Source: Marsupella aquatica
Lineage: Eukaryota > Plantae > Marchantiophyta
Direction: 5' to 3'
NCBI GenBank assembly: GCA_973895155.1
Contig: OZ316892.1
Coordinates: forward strand, 13,880,861-13,944,860
DNA: 64,000 nt
The stretch's first letter is position 1; every line of letters begins with the position of its first letter. This document shows, one piece after another, positions 35,868 through 48,966 of the stretch. Below the pieces are notes generated by a model. The model was not told the DNA's origin, did not search any database, and saw nothing but the letters and a program-made list of their open reading frames with translations. The translations under genes and the position numbers were made by a program.

Positions 35868-38269
35868 GTCATTTCTATTCTCGGCTGCTGGCTTTCCGCA
35901 CAGCTAACTCGGCGAAGCATTAAGTCACTTGTCCAAATAATGGATGTGAGCTGAGCGCCAGTCGGGCTGATCAGTATGATGGTGGACTGGGTCAATGGGA
36001 TTTGAAGACTTAAGAGGGACCTGGCCGTAATCAAGCTGAGTGAGTGAAGAAGATCAAGGTTCTAGTGACAAAAACCGTAGGAGGACGGGATTGAACGGTC
36101 TTATATGAAAACCGAAGTTCAGGCGCGCCAAAATCAAAACCACCTTTGGCATGATGGTAGTCTGCTGCTGCTCACAAACCATAAGCGAGAACATGGCACG
36201 TACTGTAGGCCTTCGGATTCGAGCAATAATGTGCAACTCGGGACGACTTCATCGAACAATGATAAATTGAGCAACCGATTCTGGGCCGGCCGTGCTGAAG
36301 TTACAGTGGATCAAGTCGCCTACTGTACCTCTCATGTCGAGAGGGGGATTGCGTGCAGCTAGAATCGAGATGGCATGGGGGTATATATAGAAGAGCTGCA
36401 GGCAAAAGGCCAAACTTGGAGTCGCTCAGCTGACAGTTATAGAGTAGAACTGTCGCACATGATGGTGCTAGTTCGGCGATATACATGTTGTTAGGGCGAT
36501 CCAACGTAAATGAGCGAGCACGTAGAAATATTCTTGATCGCTGTGTCGGAATTGTGAAATAGCTGGGGTTACCTGGGCGGCGGGCTCGGTTGCTATAGGG
36601 GGCCCAATCATGTGGTCGACCGTCCAGGATCCCGTGTATGTACTGAATTGTATTACCTTCGTTGATTTGGGAATATGTATAAAATTCATTTGCAGCTCGT
36701 CGAAAGTAGAGGTTGTTCCTTCATTGAGTTCTGCCAGCATGTATTCAATTATGGTGGTGATCGATCGATCTCTAAGTTCTCAACGGGGTTCTCAGTTCCA
36801 TGTCCGCCCCTACCGTAGACTGTACTCAAATCATCTGGACGCACTGGAGTAGTGTACATTCGTGTTGTCCGTCTTGAATGCATTTGTAGCCAGCCTTTGC
36901 ACTTCATGCGGAGTTGTGTGCTGTCTTCGATCACCCAATAAATGGCAGAGCTATGATTGGAAATTTTGGGATCAATCGGAGGGCCCGTCTTCGAATGGGG
37001 TGCTTACAGCAAAGTTTCTCCTTCTCTTTTCTCGTAACGGAATACCGAAAAGGCCAGGCATAGATTAGACCTCCGAGGAAGATGCAAAACTGGCGTACAA
37101 GAAGGGGATAAACGAAGTCCATTCAAGGGCCCGAGAAGAAAAGGACTGCAACCATCCTGGACCGTAATGCCATTCAAGCATACAGGCAGCCAGCCAGCCA
37201 GCCAACTTACTATTGAATCTGTACAGAGAAAACCAAACAGCTACAGTACTGTACCAAGGAAGACCGGCCCTCACGGAGGCTTTCCCAAAGTGAACTCGAT
37301 ATCTTGAAGAAATCAATCTTGACTGCGACGCCGTGGTGACTTGTGAGGAACGAGCAATGATTGCAGCAGGCAGTGTTCTTTTATTTTGTTTTTGGTTGTT
37401 AACAGTTCTTCAATCTCCCTGCTTGCAGGACGTTTGTCCACGATCCTCTAAGCGTTGGAGATTGATAGTAAGGGCACACGTACCATCCAGTACGTGCCAT
37501 GTCTAGCTGACAGACAACGTACTTTGTACAGTTCGTACAGGGTTGGTAATGCACAATCATGTCATTGAACAATTTCTAGGCCACTTGTGGCTTACTTCGG
37601 AACTTCGGAGAGCCTCGCGCAATGTTTTTACTCTCAAAGTTGTACTTAGCTGCATTTTCTCACCTACCAACTTAAGTGAAACCTGCAAAGTCAAGATTTC
37701 TTCTCGAGATCGCTTCGTTGAAAGCAGATCTTGATCATGGTCGCATTATTTTAACCTTTCAAGCCCCGAGTGTGTAGACTTAATTGACCACCTTCCCTTG
37801 CAGTTGTGACTACCGTAGTCTAAGGAGGTGGAGGTCATCATGGAAGAGTCAACAGTGAGTTGCATGGAGTGGACAGGGGTTGTCAGGATGGTTCAATAAT
37901 AGATCACGAGACTGAGCGATGATGGAGAAGAATTGACCCGGGCTAGGCTTTTCAGAAAAGTAACGAGGACGTTAATCCTTGATTTGTATGCATGGCAGTC
38001 CTATCCGTCGTTTTCAAGCTCCCCTCAATTCCCCTGGAAGATACGGTGCTCAACAATGAGGTGTGTTGTCGAAGAGTTCTTAGCGTGAACAAGTCGTCTC
38101 CTTCGTCTGGATATCAAATTTCTGCCACTCAAAAGTGACAGAAGGAATCCATTTCAAGGTGAGCCCCCACAAGTCCTAGAGGACCCGCACCAGGAGGGAG
38201 AGAGGGAAAATCAGGGTCACAAAGTGGACAACCGGGAGATCATGGTAACTTCAAACCAAGAGGGAGAGA

Positions 38270-38580
38270 CTATTAAATCAGGGCCACAAAGCCGACAACC
38301 CGGGCCAAGTAGATAATCAGAACTCCCATCCACTACCTACAAAACTCATCACACCTTCCCACCTACAGATATACCCTCCACACCCCGCCAACCCGGGTCT
38401 GAGTAGATAATCAAAACTCCCATCCACACTACCTACAAAACTCATCACACCTTCCCACCTACAGATATATCCTCCACACCCCTGATATATCCTCCACACC
38501 CCTTTGTGTACCGGGGGATTCAACCTGGGACCTCTCCATTTCAGGCTAAGCCAACTGACCTAATTAAGCCAGTTGGATAA
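38270..38580 (-). mobile_element. tRNA-derived SINE-like element with a tandemly duplicated body
   Basis: Minus strand has A-box-like tggcttaattagg and B-box-like ggttgaatccc at tRNA-like spacing, followed by a ~92-bp duplication (38297-38483). Confidence 0.6.
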
Positions 38581-38604
38581 GCTACTTGAATTTAGTTGGT
38601 TCTC

Positions 38605-38815
38605 CTACTTGAATTCACTAGGTCTTCCTCTTATGGATTTCATACTTCCTACCACTCAAAATACCCTACACTTACCCACACAACTGCTACTTGAATTCAC
38701 TTGGTCTTCCTCTTATGGATTTCATACTTCCTACCACTCAAAATACCCTACCCTTACCAGCATAACTGCTACTTGAATTCACTTGGTCTTCCTCTTATGG
38801 ATTTCATACTTCCTC
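38605..38815. repeat. 82-bp tandem repeat, ~2.6 copies
   Basis: ctacttgaattcact…cttatggatttcatacttcct at 38605, 38687 and 38769. Confidence 0.93.
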
Positions 38816-40149
38816 CCTACTCCTTACCCACACATGTGAATTGAAGATTGTGAATTCTGCTAATTGACTTTTGGTTGAGTCAATAAACTGAGTCCCAATC
38901 CTCAATAGTCTTCTCATTTGTCCCATCTCCTAAGCCTCATTACTCTTCCCATTGCCAGCCTTCTAAATGGGAAAGATTCTAAATAATGGCTCATGTCTTG
39001 ATCAGGTTGAGTTTCGTAGTCAGGGGCACAATCACCCAATACTCGAAGTCCTTTTTATTGCAGCCCAAAAAAGGTGGATGTAATTGTTGGCTAGTGTTTC
39101 CTGTTGCCTTTCACACTCACTAATGCTTTCATGAAATGCATGCTTGAATTGGAAAAATGAAAGTGAACAAAATAAGCCTCAGGTGCTTTAGCCGGGCTCA
39201 TGTCTCCTATTGCCTTTCACAATAAGTAATGATTCCACTTTATTAGTCTTTCCTGACAATCAGCATTACAAGCCTGAATGCCCATTCTTTGAATATTAAT
39301 AGAAATGGTGACTAAAATCATCATGCATGATGATCATTTTGACATATATAATACCTCTTAGAACTTTCCGTCCACATAAATTTTGGTGGGGCCCCAGAGT
39401 CACAACTAGAGGCCTCTAGAACACTCCTGATTAGTTATATAGATATGCTTCCAGTGTTACTAACACTACAGATCAAATTGCAAATAAAGGCTACACATGT
39501 GCATAAATCAAACAGGCCATGTCATTTAAGGCATGGTAGCAGGCTAGCAGGAAGGACAAGGCCAGTTGAAAGGGGCCAAGAAGAAGCATGAAAGGGGCCC
39601 TAGAACAAGGCTGGGTAAACTAAGTTAGTATCCAAATTATTGACAGAGTTGGAACATAGGCCAGATACGAGGCAGGAAGGGGGATTGAGCCTCTACACAA
39701 AGGAAAGAACTTATTGGTTAGGGTGTAAAACACAGCTATCTCCTTGGTGGAGGCTTTGGTTTTAAAATTTATTTCATGGGGGTATCATTGCTGCAATTCG
39801 TAGTTTTCTTCTACCACAATGGGTTACTATTGGGTGTCTTGGTTCTCAAGCAATACCATTGGGATGTTCTAGCTATCTCATCTTCTTCTCAGCTTTAGCT
39901 GGAAGTTTTAATTTTTAATTTTTTTTGTGTAGCCTCATTGTTAGTAGTGGTTGTGAACAAAGGCCGTGTTGTGTATAGTTTTCATGTACTGTTCTAATTT
40001 TTATGCAAGTTAGTGCCATTTGAAGCAAGTGTTTTTGCCTTACTAGTACATTAATCAATTGATGCATTTCTAGGTAGATTTATAAGCAAGAAGCTTAATC
40101 GGACAACACCACATATGATTTCATCAGGGGCTACACAGGCGAGATGACC

Positions 40150-40254
40150 ATACCTAGCCTGAGGTTGAAACTCAGGTGATGAGCTTTTGTGACAGAAGCA
40201 ATACCTAGCCTGAGGTTTGAAACTCAGGTGATGAGCTTTTGTGACAGAAGCAAT
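40150..40254. repeat. ~51-bp tandem duplication, each unit with two small hairpins
   Basis: atacctagcctgaggtt(t)gaaactcaggtgatgagcttttgtgacagaagca twice. Confidence 0.92.
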
Positions 40255-41098
40255 GGACCCTCACACACTGCTGCAAACTAGGGTTAATTGAGTGACTGTT
40301 AGTTACACGAAAACTCCTACCCTCCTACTCATCTTTTTTGGCAATTATTTGTGCTCCCTGTCAAAACTCTAATTCCAATTCTAGTTCCAAAAGGGTTGAA
40401 GCTCCAAAAGGGTTCCCACCAATCATCAAATGAATATATCTCAATTCTTTGACCAAAACCGAGTTTTTTTAACGGTCAGCCCTCCTGCTCTTCGGAACCT
40501 TCCTTCAGGTCATTTCTTGTGAATGTCTCTGATGAGCAAAGGCCTCCTGATGAGCAAATGGCCTCACAAAAATTATCTAGCTACAACAGACATAAGATAT
40601 CACCACATGACCTACAATTTCTCCTGTTTTTAAACCAACATGGACTCACCCTATTTTCTCCCGGGTGAGAGTCCAGAAAATAGGTTCAACTCTGGAGGAC
40701 GGTCAGTGAGAGCCATTCACATCTTTCTTTCCAGAGGCTATGTGCACCGTGCAGGGCTTCCACTGAATTTACCTTCTCGAACGAATTCTTTCATCCGGGT
40801 CACATAGACAAATGCATGGAAAGGCCAACTTGCTTGTGAAGACTATTTCTCGGATGGGTTGTTAGCGTTTAGCAAATTCACACAGTGCATTCTGCGAGCA
40901 TGATGTCCGGCTTTGTAAATTTTCTGTCTCAACCAAATAAAGATGAAGAAGGACCAGAACTGAAAAACAATTCCTCACGTTCCCTCCAACCAACGACCTC
41001 AAGCCATGCATTCTCAGTGGAGGACAAAGTTTCACGATCCAAGCTCGGCATTTTGAATCGTACAAATAAGATCATTGGGCTGTGAAAGCATTCCAGGC

Positions 41099-42566
41099 TC
41101 ATTTGATGTACTGGTATAGAAAATCAAGGAAACCTATGCCTTTCAAGAAACCCTTTCCAGTAACAAGCTCAGTCAAGATGACCATGGTGAATCCAAGCGT
41201 TGCAGCTCGACCATTTACTATCTCAGAGTACGGGGTAAACCCAAATGCCGTGTCATTCTCTTCCACCACCATTCTCACCTGAAAAGCAAACGTAGACAAT
41301 TGTCGTCAAATAAGTAAACCAATACTAGAATAGACAATTATTTTCGTAGTTGTCTGGAAGATGGATTATGCGTCAACAGTGAGAACGACGAGCATGTGTC
41401 TTGGCTGACATGTTTGAAAATGTTAGCTTCATTAATCCTGCCAACTTCTCCATCCCAATGGAACAGATAAACTTTCCAACGCGTCTCTGACAGGAGCTTG
41501 AGCTTATACAGATATCACTGAAAAAACTAAACACAATAGTTACCTCGTCAACGCTCACATCAGTAGCAGTCTTTCCAGCCTGTGTTTGACCCCCAAACAC
41601 AATCTCGGCAGATTGCCCTGTTTTGCCTTTTTTGGTATTGATGTAAACATACTCTGCATCGGTCTTCACTGGGTAGGTTTCCAATAACCTCGTGGGTCTG
41701 GTGAGGAAAGCAAGAATAGGATTGGTAGGATACCAATCTTTGATCTCTCCAGTTTTGAGGTCAAAAGTAGTCTCAGTAGACGGGCAGACTATGCATCCAT
41801 CCTGCAGTCAAATACGTTCAGCCAGAACCTTCAGTGATTTTGCGTACCTAGAGGGATGCGTCTGCATAGAGAAGGAACACCCGGAAGCAGAACAAAGCAG
41901 AAAAAAGGAGAACATATTTCCTGAAAGATCCTGGAATGCACTAATTTGTGGCATCTCTCTCCATTAAAATTCAAACCGCTTCTACGCCATAGCTACCATG
42001 CCATCTGACCGGGGGTTGGAAGAATTGAAGAAGAATTTGCTACTAGAGAACCTTTAAAGCATGTTCAGAGGAGTGATTGAGTGACTCACAGGCGTTAGCC
42101 GTGCATTGAACAATCCTTCGCTATAAGCGCCTTCGGCAGGGGACGTGTTCTCCAACGCGTACAACTCATCCTTGTACCACAACAGCAGCACGTTCTCGCC
42201 ATCCTGCCGAATCAGCCTCCGTTCGCCTCTGGGCAACGTAGAGACGGGAATTACAGGTACCCAGGAAACCTCCGGTGCCACTGCTGCTGCTGGTCCTGCT
42301 TCTGCTGCCGCAATGCTGGTCGTGGTGGAGGACGGCTCATCCGCAGCGTCGCATCGGATGGAATTGATCCTCCTCCTCTGGACCGAATACGTCTTCCTGG
42401 CCGAGGCTGAGACCAGAGGGCTGCTGCTGACGTAGAGCTGCGCGAATGCGAGCTGCTGCTGCACATTGGCTGAACAAGATGACGGAACTCTGCGAATTCC
42501 TCTGGAGCGACACTTCTTCTCCAACGGAGCTGGTAACGAGAGCAGTGCGGTGGTCGTCGCTGCCAT
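41099..42566 (-). CDS. PSB33: Thylakoid PSB33/LIL8 (Rieske-like domain plus LHC-motif TM helix); exons 42566-42090, 41801-41544, 41278-41099
   Basis: Transit peptide; WVPVIP…LPRGERRLIRQDGENVLLLWYK…SPAEGAYSEGL…DGCIVCPSTETTFDLKTGEIKDWYP…FGFTPYSEIVNGRAATLGF; phase-0 introns. Confidence 0.93.
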
Positions 42567-42823
42567 CGCTGCTGGTCCTCAGCAAGAATTCAGTTCCTCG
42601 GATGCTCTGCTCTGCTGTGCGCTGGGCTGAACTGGGCTGGGGCTGGCCTCGATTCGATCCATGGAGGCTCTTCAGTGCCATTTAGTCCGCGCAAAAGCTA
42701 TCCATTCACTAGTGCGCTTTTCTATGTCTTCGTGTCTACACCATCGTAATTTTCAAGGTTTTTCCTTTTTCGTGGAGATGGCCAAGGTCACCTTGCGTGA
42801 AGGAGAACATGCTTCTTATCTAC

Positions 42824-43168
42824 TTTTGCTAAATTAACTTTTGGCACTCAGATCTTCCTAGATTTGAAGATAACCCTTCGATTCTGGCTATTGGGGTCTG
42901 TGCCTAGGTGGGAAACTGGCAAGTGGAAGTGACAAAAAAAACTCGCCTATTTTACAAATCCAGCAAAATTTTGCCACTGTAAAAAGTAGCTGGTCTACGT
43001 GGTATGTCTAGTTTTGCTAAATTAATTTTTGGCACTCAGATCTTCCTAGATTTAAAGACAGCACTTAAATTCTGGCTAATGGCGTCTGTACCTAGGTGAT
43101 AAACTGGCAAATGGAAGACAAACAATTTACTAATCTAGCAAAAACTTACCACTGTAAAAACATGCTGG
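42824..43168. repeat. Two diverged ~170-190-bp tandem copies of a TIR-derived sequence upstream of PSB33
   Basis: ttttgctaaattaa.ttttggcactcagatcttcctagattt… at 42824 and 43012. Confidence 0.85.
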
Positions 43169-43849
43169 CGTGTCCTGCCAGCCCCATCCCAACCAAGCCC
43201 ATTGTGGAGGCATTTAGGCATGCACTTAACTACACTATCCATCTTAATTACTGTTCCTCACACCAATTTAAGAGAGGGGAGAGTTTTAAAGTTAAACTGG
43301 GATGGCTTGATGGTAGTCTCGTTTCAATTTGAAATTGCTGCCTGAAAGGAGAGACTAGTTACAGTGGAGAAACAAAAGCAACTGGTCATAAGACAGACCC
43401 ACAATTTTTAGAAAACCTTGAAATTCAGGACTGAAGCCATTGCCAATCAATTCCCCATTTCAGTTGTAAACTTGATCAGTGTACATAGAACACAGCTCTA
43501 GCTTTGATCAAAGTGGTTATATCAATCATGGACTGGACATTACAACTTTGAGCACTCAGGCATATATGTATCTACAATAGCAGATTAGTCTGTGTTTAAG
43601 TACACTTGATTTATGATGAACTTTCCCCCTCAGCTCCATGACTCCACATCTATCTTATAATTATCTGGTTTTTATTTGAGGTACCTGGATGGAAAATTGA
43701 AAAGTCTGGTAGAGCTCCACAGTAAACCACATAGGAGGGTATGTCTCTTTCCTTTGTGTTTAGCAACAGACTAGACTGACCACCTTGTGCCAACAAGAAA
43801 ATGTTACAACGTACAATAATCCATTCAAAGAGGTTTTCCAGAAAGAGTT

Positions 43850-44255
43850 TAAGTACTTTGCCACTAGAGTTGCTTAGATTTTTTGTATTTAAAAGTCTTT
43901 GTTTAAGTACTTTGAAGTTGCTTATTTTTTAGTATTTAAAAGTAGTTGTTTATGTAGGTTGCCACTAAATTGCTTATTTTGGTAGTATTTAAAATACTTT
44001 CAATGCTTCACAATCTAGGTTTAATTTGAGATGAAGTATAATATAGTTCAGAGTTTTCTAAGTACTTTGCCACTAAAGTTGCTTATGTTTTTGGCATCTA
44101 CAATGCTCTCATTGTTTTACAATCTGGGTTTTGAGATTAAGTATAATATAGTTTAGAGTTTTTTAGTGCTTTGCCACTAAAGTTCCTTACTTTTTAATAT
44201 TTATAATCCTGCCATTATTTTAAAATCTGGGCTTTGAGATGAAATATAATACAGT
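43850..44255. repeat. AT-rich degenerate tandem repeat
   Basis: aagtactttgccacta(a/g)agttgctta recurs about 5 times. Confidence 0.8.
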
Positions 44256-44494
44256 TCACAAAAGAGGTCCAAACAAATTACAATGAAGAACAAACAAAAG
44301 AAGCCCAACGAGGACAAACAACAAACCCAAAAGAAAGGAGCAAAGGAAATCCCCAAAACCTGGAAACATAAAAAGAAACAAGTGCCTGAGTGTGAAGAGC
44401 TAATAGTTCACATGGATGCTAGAGTGGGATGAACTAAGGGTTCTTGACATTGTGGGTTGTAACAGAATCCGCAAGGGAGACTTAAGGGGGTCCT

Positions 44495-45300
44495 CTAAGG
44501 GGGCAAGCCACTAATGAGGCACACAAGTACACAGCCAGAGATCCACAAAGGATCCATTAAGCTTGTAGCATCACCGGGAGCATCACAAAGTTTTGCTGGC
44601 AAAAGTGCATGGTCAGGACAGAAAGTGGGGGGCCGCCCGTCCGTGGATGTCGCTGGCTGCTTGGCAAATAAGCCCATCAAAGTGAGGATGAAGTCTCCCA
44701 AAGAATGATCTGAAAAGGGGGAGGAAGCTATCTGATGACGCGCATGCTGCATATTTTGCCTCTTTGGTTGGTGCTGCCTGGGCTGCCGCTGCCACTGTTG
44801 CTGCTATCCCGATGATGTCTGGATGGAATGAATTGGCCACCACAACATCAGCTAAGGTTTACCTGCTATCTTGTACCATGGTGAGATCAACAGGCAATGA
44901 TAGTTGTGGTGGAGGACCAGATAAATTAAGAACCACCTCCCGCTGTACATGTACTAAAATCCCAGTTAGAGAGAACCTGAGCAACAACATATTGTACAAC
45001 ATCATGAACAACTATGGTCTCTCCACCTATATTACATTGAAGAAGACCATCATAAAGTTTCACACAAGTGTAAGACGTAAGGAGGCCCACAAGAAGGGTA
45101 TGTTAACCCCAGACAAAGAGAAATGGCTGTTACAAACTCCTCGGAAGACATTTGTACATGAGGGATGGCAGGATTGGCCTGAAGCCAACCCCATCCCCAG
45201 TGGGGTTTTAGTTCTTTGCTTCTTAGGGTGGCTTTACCAGAACTTGGGCGCAGCAATTCTTTTTTTACTAAGTGTGAGATGCAATCCTAGTCATTCATAT
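44495..45300 (-). mobile_element. Degenerate 3' end of a CRE-like non-LTR retrotransposon (CCHC-type knuckle plus restriction-like endonuclease)
   Basis: GWLQANPAIPHVQMSSEEFVTAISLCLGLTYP, HDVV, VDLT…TLADVVVANS, AAAAQAAPTKEAKY, DSFLPL…FGRLHPHFD; stops and frameshifts present. Confidence 0.8.
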
Positions 45301-45559
45301 GTGGGAACTGGCCATACTTCACTTTACATGAATTTGGGGGCACAATCAAGCAAAACCATTACCCAACCTAGTCATGTGTGAGTGGGCTTGTTGTGTGTCC
45401 CTTTTTTGCTGATGTGTGTGAGTTTTTTAGTTAAAAACTTAGACCTCCTCTTGAGGTGGTCTAAAAAACTAGAGCAAACTGTAACTTTTTTTCAGGGAAT
45501 TGCATTGATCACTTCCAGACCTGACAGATTTTGGCTCAATAATTTAACCAAGGAAATGA

Positions 45560-45795
45560 TCATCAGTTTTGCTTTGGATGGAGAGACACTGACTGCTTTG
45601 GATTTTGGCTCTCAAGCATTTTAACAAGGAAATAGTCATCAGTTTGGCTTCGGATAAAGAGACACTGACGGCTCAAACATTTTGACAAGAATCAGTTTTG
45701 CTTTGGATGGAGAGATGCTGACTGCTTTGGATTTTGGCTCAAGCATTTTACAAGGAAATGGTGGTCAGTTTTGATTTGGATGGAGAGACACTGAT
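45560..45795. repeat. ~70-77-bp degenerate tandem repeat, ~3.5 copies
   Basis: tcagttttgctttggatggagagacactgactgctttggattttggctc recurs. Confidence 0.85.
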
Positions 45796-45884
45796 GACCC
45801 CCACCTTCTTGTAAAGCCCCCCTTTTAGTGTACATTTTGTTCTTGTGGAGGACTCCTGTACTTGTTGGGCCTCTTTGGTCTTAT

Positions 45885-46090
45885 CTGAGCCCATCCCTTT
45901 TTACTCACTTTTAGTTTGGGTCTGTTTGCCAGTTTGGTCTTATTGCAGCCCATCCTGTTTTACTCACTTTATTTGGGTCTGTTTGCCAGTTTGGACATAT
46001 TGCAGCCCATCCTTTTCTACTCACTTTAGTTTGGGTCATTTTGGGTTTGGTCGTATTGGAGCCCATTCTTATTTACTCCCTTTACTTTGG
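45885..46090. repeat. ~59-bp degenerate tandem repeat
   Basis: gcccatcc…ttactcactttt..tttgggtctgtttgccagtttgg recurs. Confidence 0.85.
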
Positions 46091-46261
46091 GATCATGTGT
46101 CCCCGTTGGGCGTCTTTGTGTTTTGGCGCTTGTGATATACAACGAGAAGAGAACGGCGAAAGGCATGATCTTCATTCTGGTGTTGGCTGTTGAACAGTTG
46201 ACGAGACCGGCATGATCGGCATTCCGCTGTTGGCTGTTGTTGCCCTTCAATTTCTATCGAC

Positions 46262-46288
46262 AGAGTAGAGTAGAGTAGAGTAGAGTAG
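46262..46288. repeat. (AGAGT)5 microsatellite in the SDH5 promoter region
   Basis: Seen directly. Confidence 0.9.
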
Positions 46289-46577
46289 GAAAGAAGGAAA
46301 AGAAGCTCTGCTCATGTCCCCTCCGAATGTGCTGAAAAAAAAGGTTTCTCTTTCCGAGACAGAGCCCTGATTTTCTCCGGAAGATTGCCTGCTTCGTTGT
46401 TTATGTCAATCGTTTCGTACTGGGCTTTTTCGTTGGATGCGCATTTGATTTGGTGGATTGGGATTTCTGAGCAGGGACGCAGAGGTGGTCTCGGTAGGAT
46501 CTGCAACTCGTGCCACTGAGCAGAAAGAATCGAGCTAGCGAGCGGGCCCCAGTGTCGAGTACGCTAGATCTTTGGCG

Positions 46578-48966
46578 ATGGCCGGCATGAGGCGAGCGAC
46601 GGGACTGGTCCGCAGGATCGTTGCTCTCCAAGGCTCGCTCGCTGCTGCTACCCCTGCCGTCAGCCGAGATCTGAACGGGATTACGTCGCTCCACAGCGTC
46701 AGCGCTCAGTGCAGCAGCGGACCGCAGTTTCTTTGGAGTGGGCGGGGTGAGTTAATCCATTCGACTCTCTGCTTTCTCATCTCACACAGAACAAGATGGA
46801 CTCACAGCCCTCCTATTATTTCGTTGTTTCTGGCCTCTTTCGACGCGGTGCGGCAACGTTTGGGTGTGGCTTCGAATTTTCCTGTTTATCTCAAAGAGGC
46901 TCGACCTAACAATGAAGTGCTCCGATACCCTACTGACTGAATGGATAGAGGAGCAAAGATGTCCGAAGTGAAGGGCTGGAACCGCATGGATTGAACTGAA
47001 TTGATTTTTCCGTTCAGGGACGAGAGAAAGCGTTGTAAACCAGAATTTATTTCCACAGCAAGGAGTTGTAAGGATTTTAATCTTAGAACTCCACTCTAGT
47101 CTTCCTAGTGTGAAAATAGCCTGATTGTGCCTGAGCTGATGTCGTTGTTTTTCTACCAAGTAATGTGCCGAGCTAACCGAACTCAGATAGTGAATTTCAC
47201 GATTTAACTCTGGCGGACGATCTTCACTTGGCCCTGCTACAACGACATCTGCCATGCCTGATCCTGAACGTCGGAATTCTAGTATTAGGCTGTCTAATCT
47301 CCTTATTTGTGGAGCCCCTTTGTTGTTTTGTAGGATTTTAACTTAATTGAATGAAAAACGCACCTTATCGTTGTTTTGTTGAGCATAACAACTCGATTAA
47401 TTGACGAGAATAAAATGATATGTAAAAGCTCTTAAAGGGATAGGTCACTAGAACTGGTCTTCCACTGATAACCCTGATGATTGGAAAGCCTAGGTGTTGG
47501 TCAGTGACTATCTGTGTATATGCATTCCGTATGACGTAGAGTATCTGACATCTGCAGGTGGCCTGGTACCGGCTGTTCAACTTTTTCAAGCCTCGAAGAT
47601 TATGGGACTTGGTGTAAGGCAATTCTCCGATTCGAGTAGCGTACCTGCGTTGTCTGATTCTCAAGCACAGGAGGCCTTGAATATGCTTCTGGCAACGAAT
47701 TGGTCCAAAATGGGGAAGGACGTCGCTGATGAGGTCGAGGCTGCAATTGGAAAGGGTGGTCCGGATGCTAGCATTCTATCAACAGTTTGGTCGTCAGCCC
47801 AGGCTTGCGAAAAATTTGCTGATACTCTGATAGCTTTGAGAATGGAATTGGACCAGCAGAGTGGCGATTCCGGAGAGGTGTGTTTGATCTGCTGCTTTAA
47901 GCTTCAAAAGTCAGATTTTGTTTTTCCTTGTTATGTCTTGAACTTATTTATAGCTCTCCCGGGGTTACCTGATTCGAGTAGACGAATAGCTGAACTTACA
48001 GTGTGATCATCTTATGTAAATTGAGCATGCATGTGCGAGTCTAAGTAAGGAAGCGATGCTGCTGCAGAGCGAATCACTAATGAACAAATCTCCACAGAGT
48101 CTAATAAATAACGAAAGTCTTTGATGCCAACTGTTTTGTGATTGCAGAATGTGGGACGACTACCCGATGCATTATCTCGGGCACTGGAATCGGCTTATAA
48201 GAAGTATACAGAATATCTGGAGTGTATTGGTGAGGATGAAGATTTCTTGAAAAAGAAGGTGGAAAATGACTTGGGGAGTATCCTTGTTCAGATAAAGCAG
48301 CGCTGCAATGGGTTGGATCCTAAGTGGGCTAAGGTAAGCTATCTGTGTTCGTTGACCGCTTTTTCCTGAATTGCTCTATCTTTACCTCCTTCAGGTGCTG
48401 CAGGTAACGTTCCTTGCTTAATCACGTTTCCTGTTTGATGAGTTTTTCTCTCTCGACCTTTCTACACATGAGGGAGTGTTTTAACAGGACGAACGACGTA
48501 TAGGTTCACTGCAGTCTCGAAGGTCTGGAAACGCAGGCGTTTAATGCTGGCTTGAGTTGTCTCGTTCCCTAGAACAGCCTACCATTGGCCCCTCTTTGAA
48601 CTGTATTGTTTCCTTCCCCTCCACATATGTGCCTTTACGAGAAATCACCAATGTTAACTCCTAGTGCGACAGGCTACGTTACACGCGAAGGTGGCCTTGT
48701 GTTAAAAAATCCTGATCAATACAGTTCAAAAGTTAGAAGAACTGAAGGAATCTGTTCCCACCGTGCTTTAGACTTGCTGCCTAATATTCAGTTTCCGGAA
48801 CTAACAATTTAAATGTAGGTGCCAGCTAGGCAGGTAAAATCAGAATTATATTGCTAGTCTTGTAAATCACTGGCACTGAACGTACTCGATTACTGCTGTT
48901 CAGATCACTCTCCTGGGGACCTCGGGGCTTTCTGGATCTTACATCGACTTGCGTCATAATCCTTGA
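46578..48966 (+). CDS. SDH5: Plant-specific succinate dehydrogenase subunit 5, mitochondrial; exons 46578-46746, 47558-47877, 48148-48333, 48904-48966
   Basis: Mitochondrial presequence; LLATNWS, VWSSAQACEKF…LRMELD…SGENVGRLP…FLKKKVENDLG…IKQRCNGLDPKWAKITLLGTSGLSGSY; all junctions in frame. Confidence 0.92.

Noticed and set aside
40150-40570. Hammerhead-ribozyme-like words (tgatgag, gaaac, ctgatgag x2)
   Set aside because: The CUGAUGA and GAAA cores are not arranged around a stem II in the required order; this is a simple tandem duplication
41544-42200. Rieske domain lacking Cys/His 2Fe-2S ligands
   Set aside because: Known property of PSB33/LIL8, not novel
44764-45381. 205-aa plus-strand ORF
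   Set aside because: Antisense shadow of the CRE-like retrotransposon remnant
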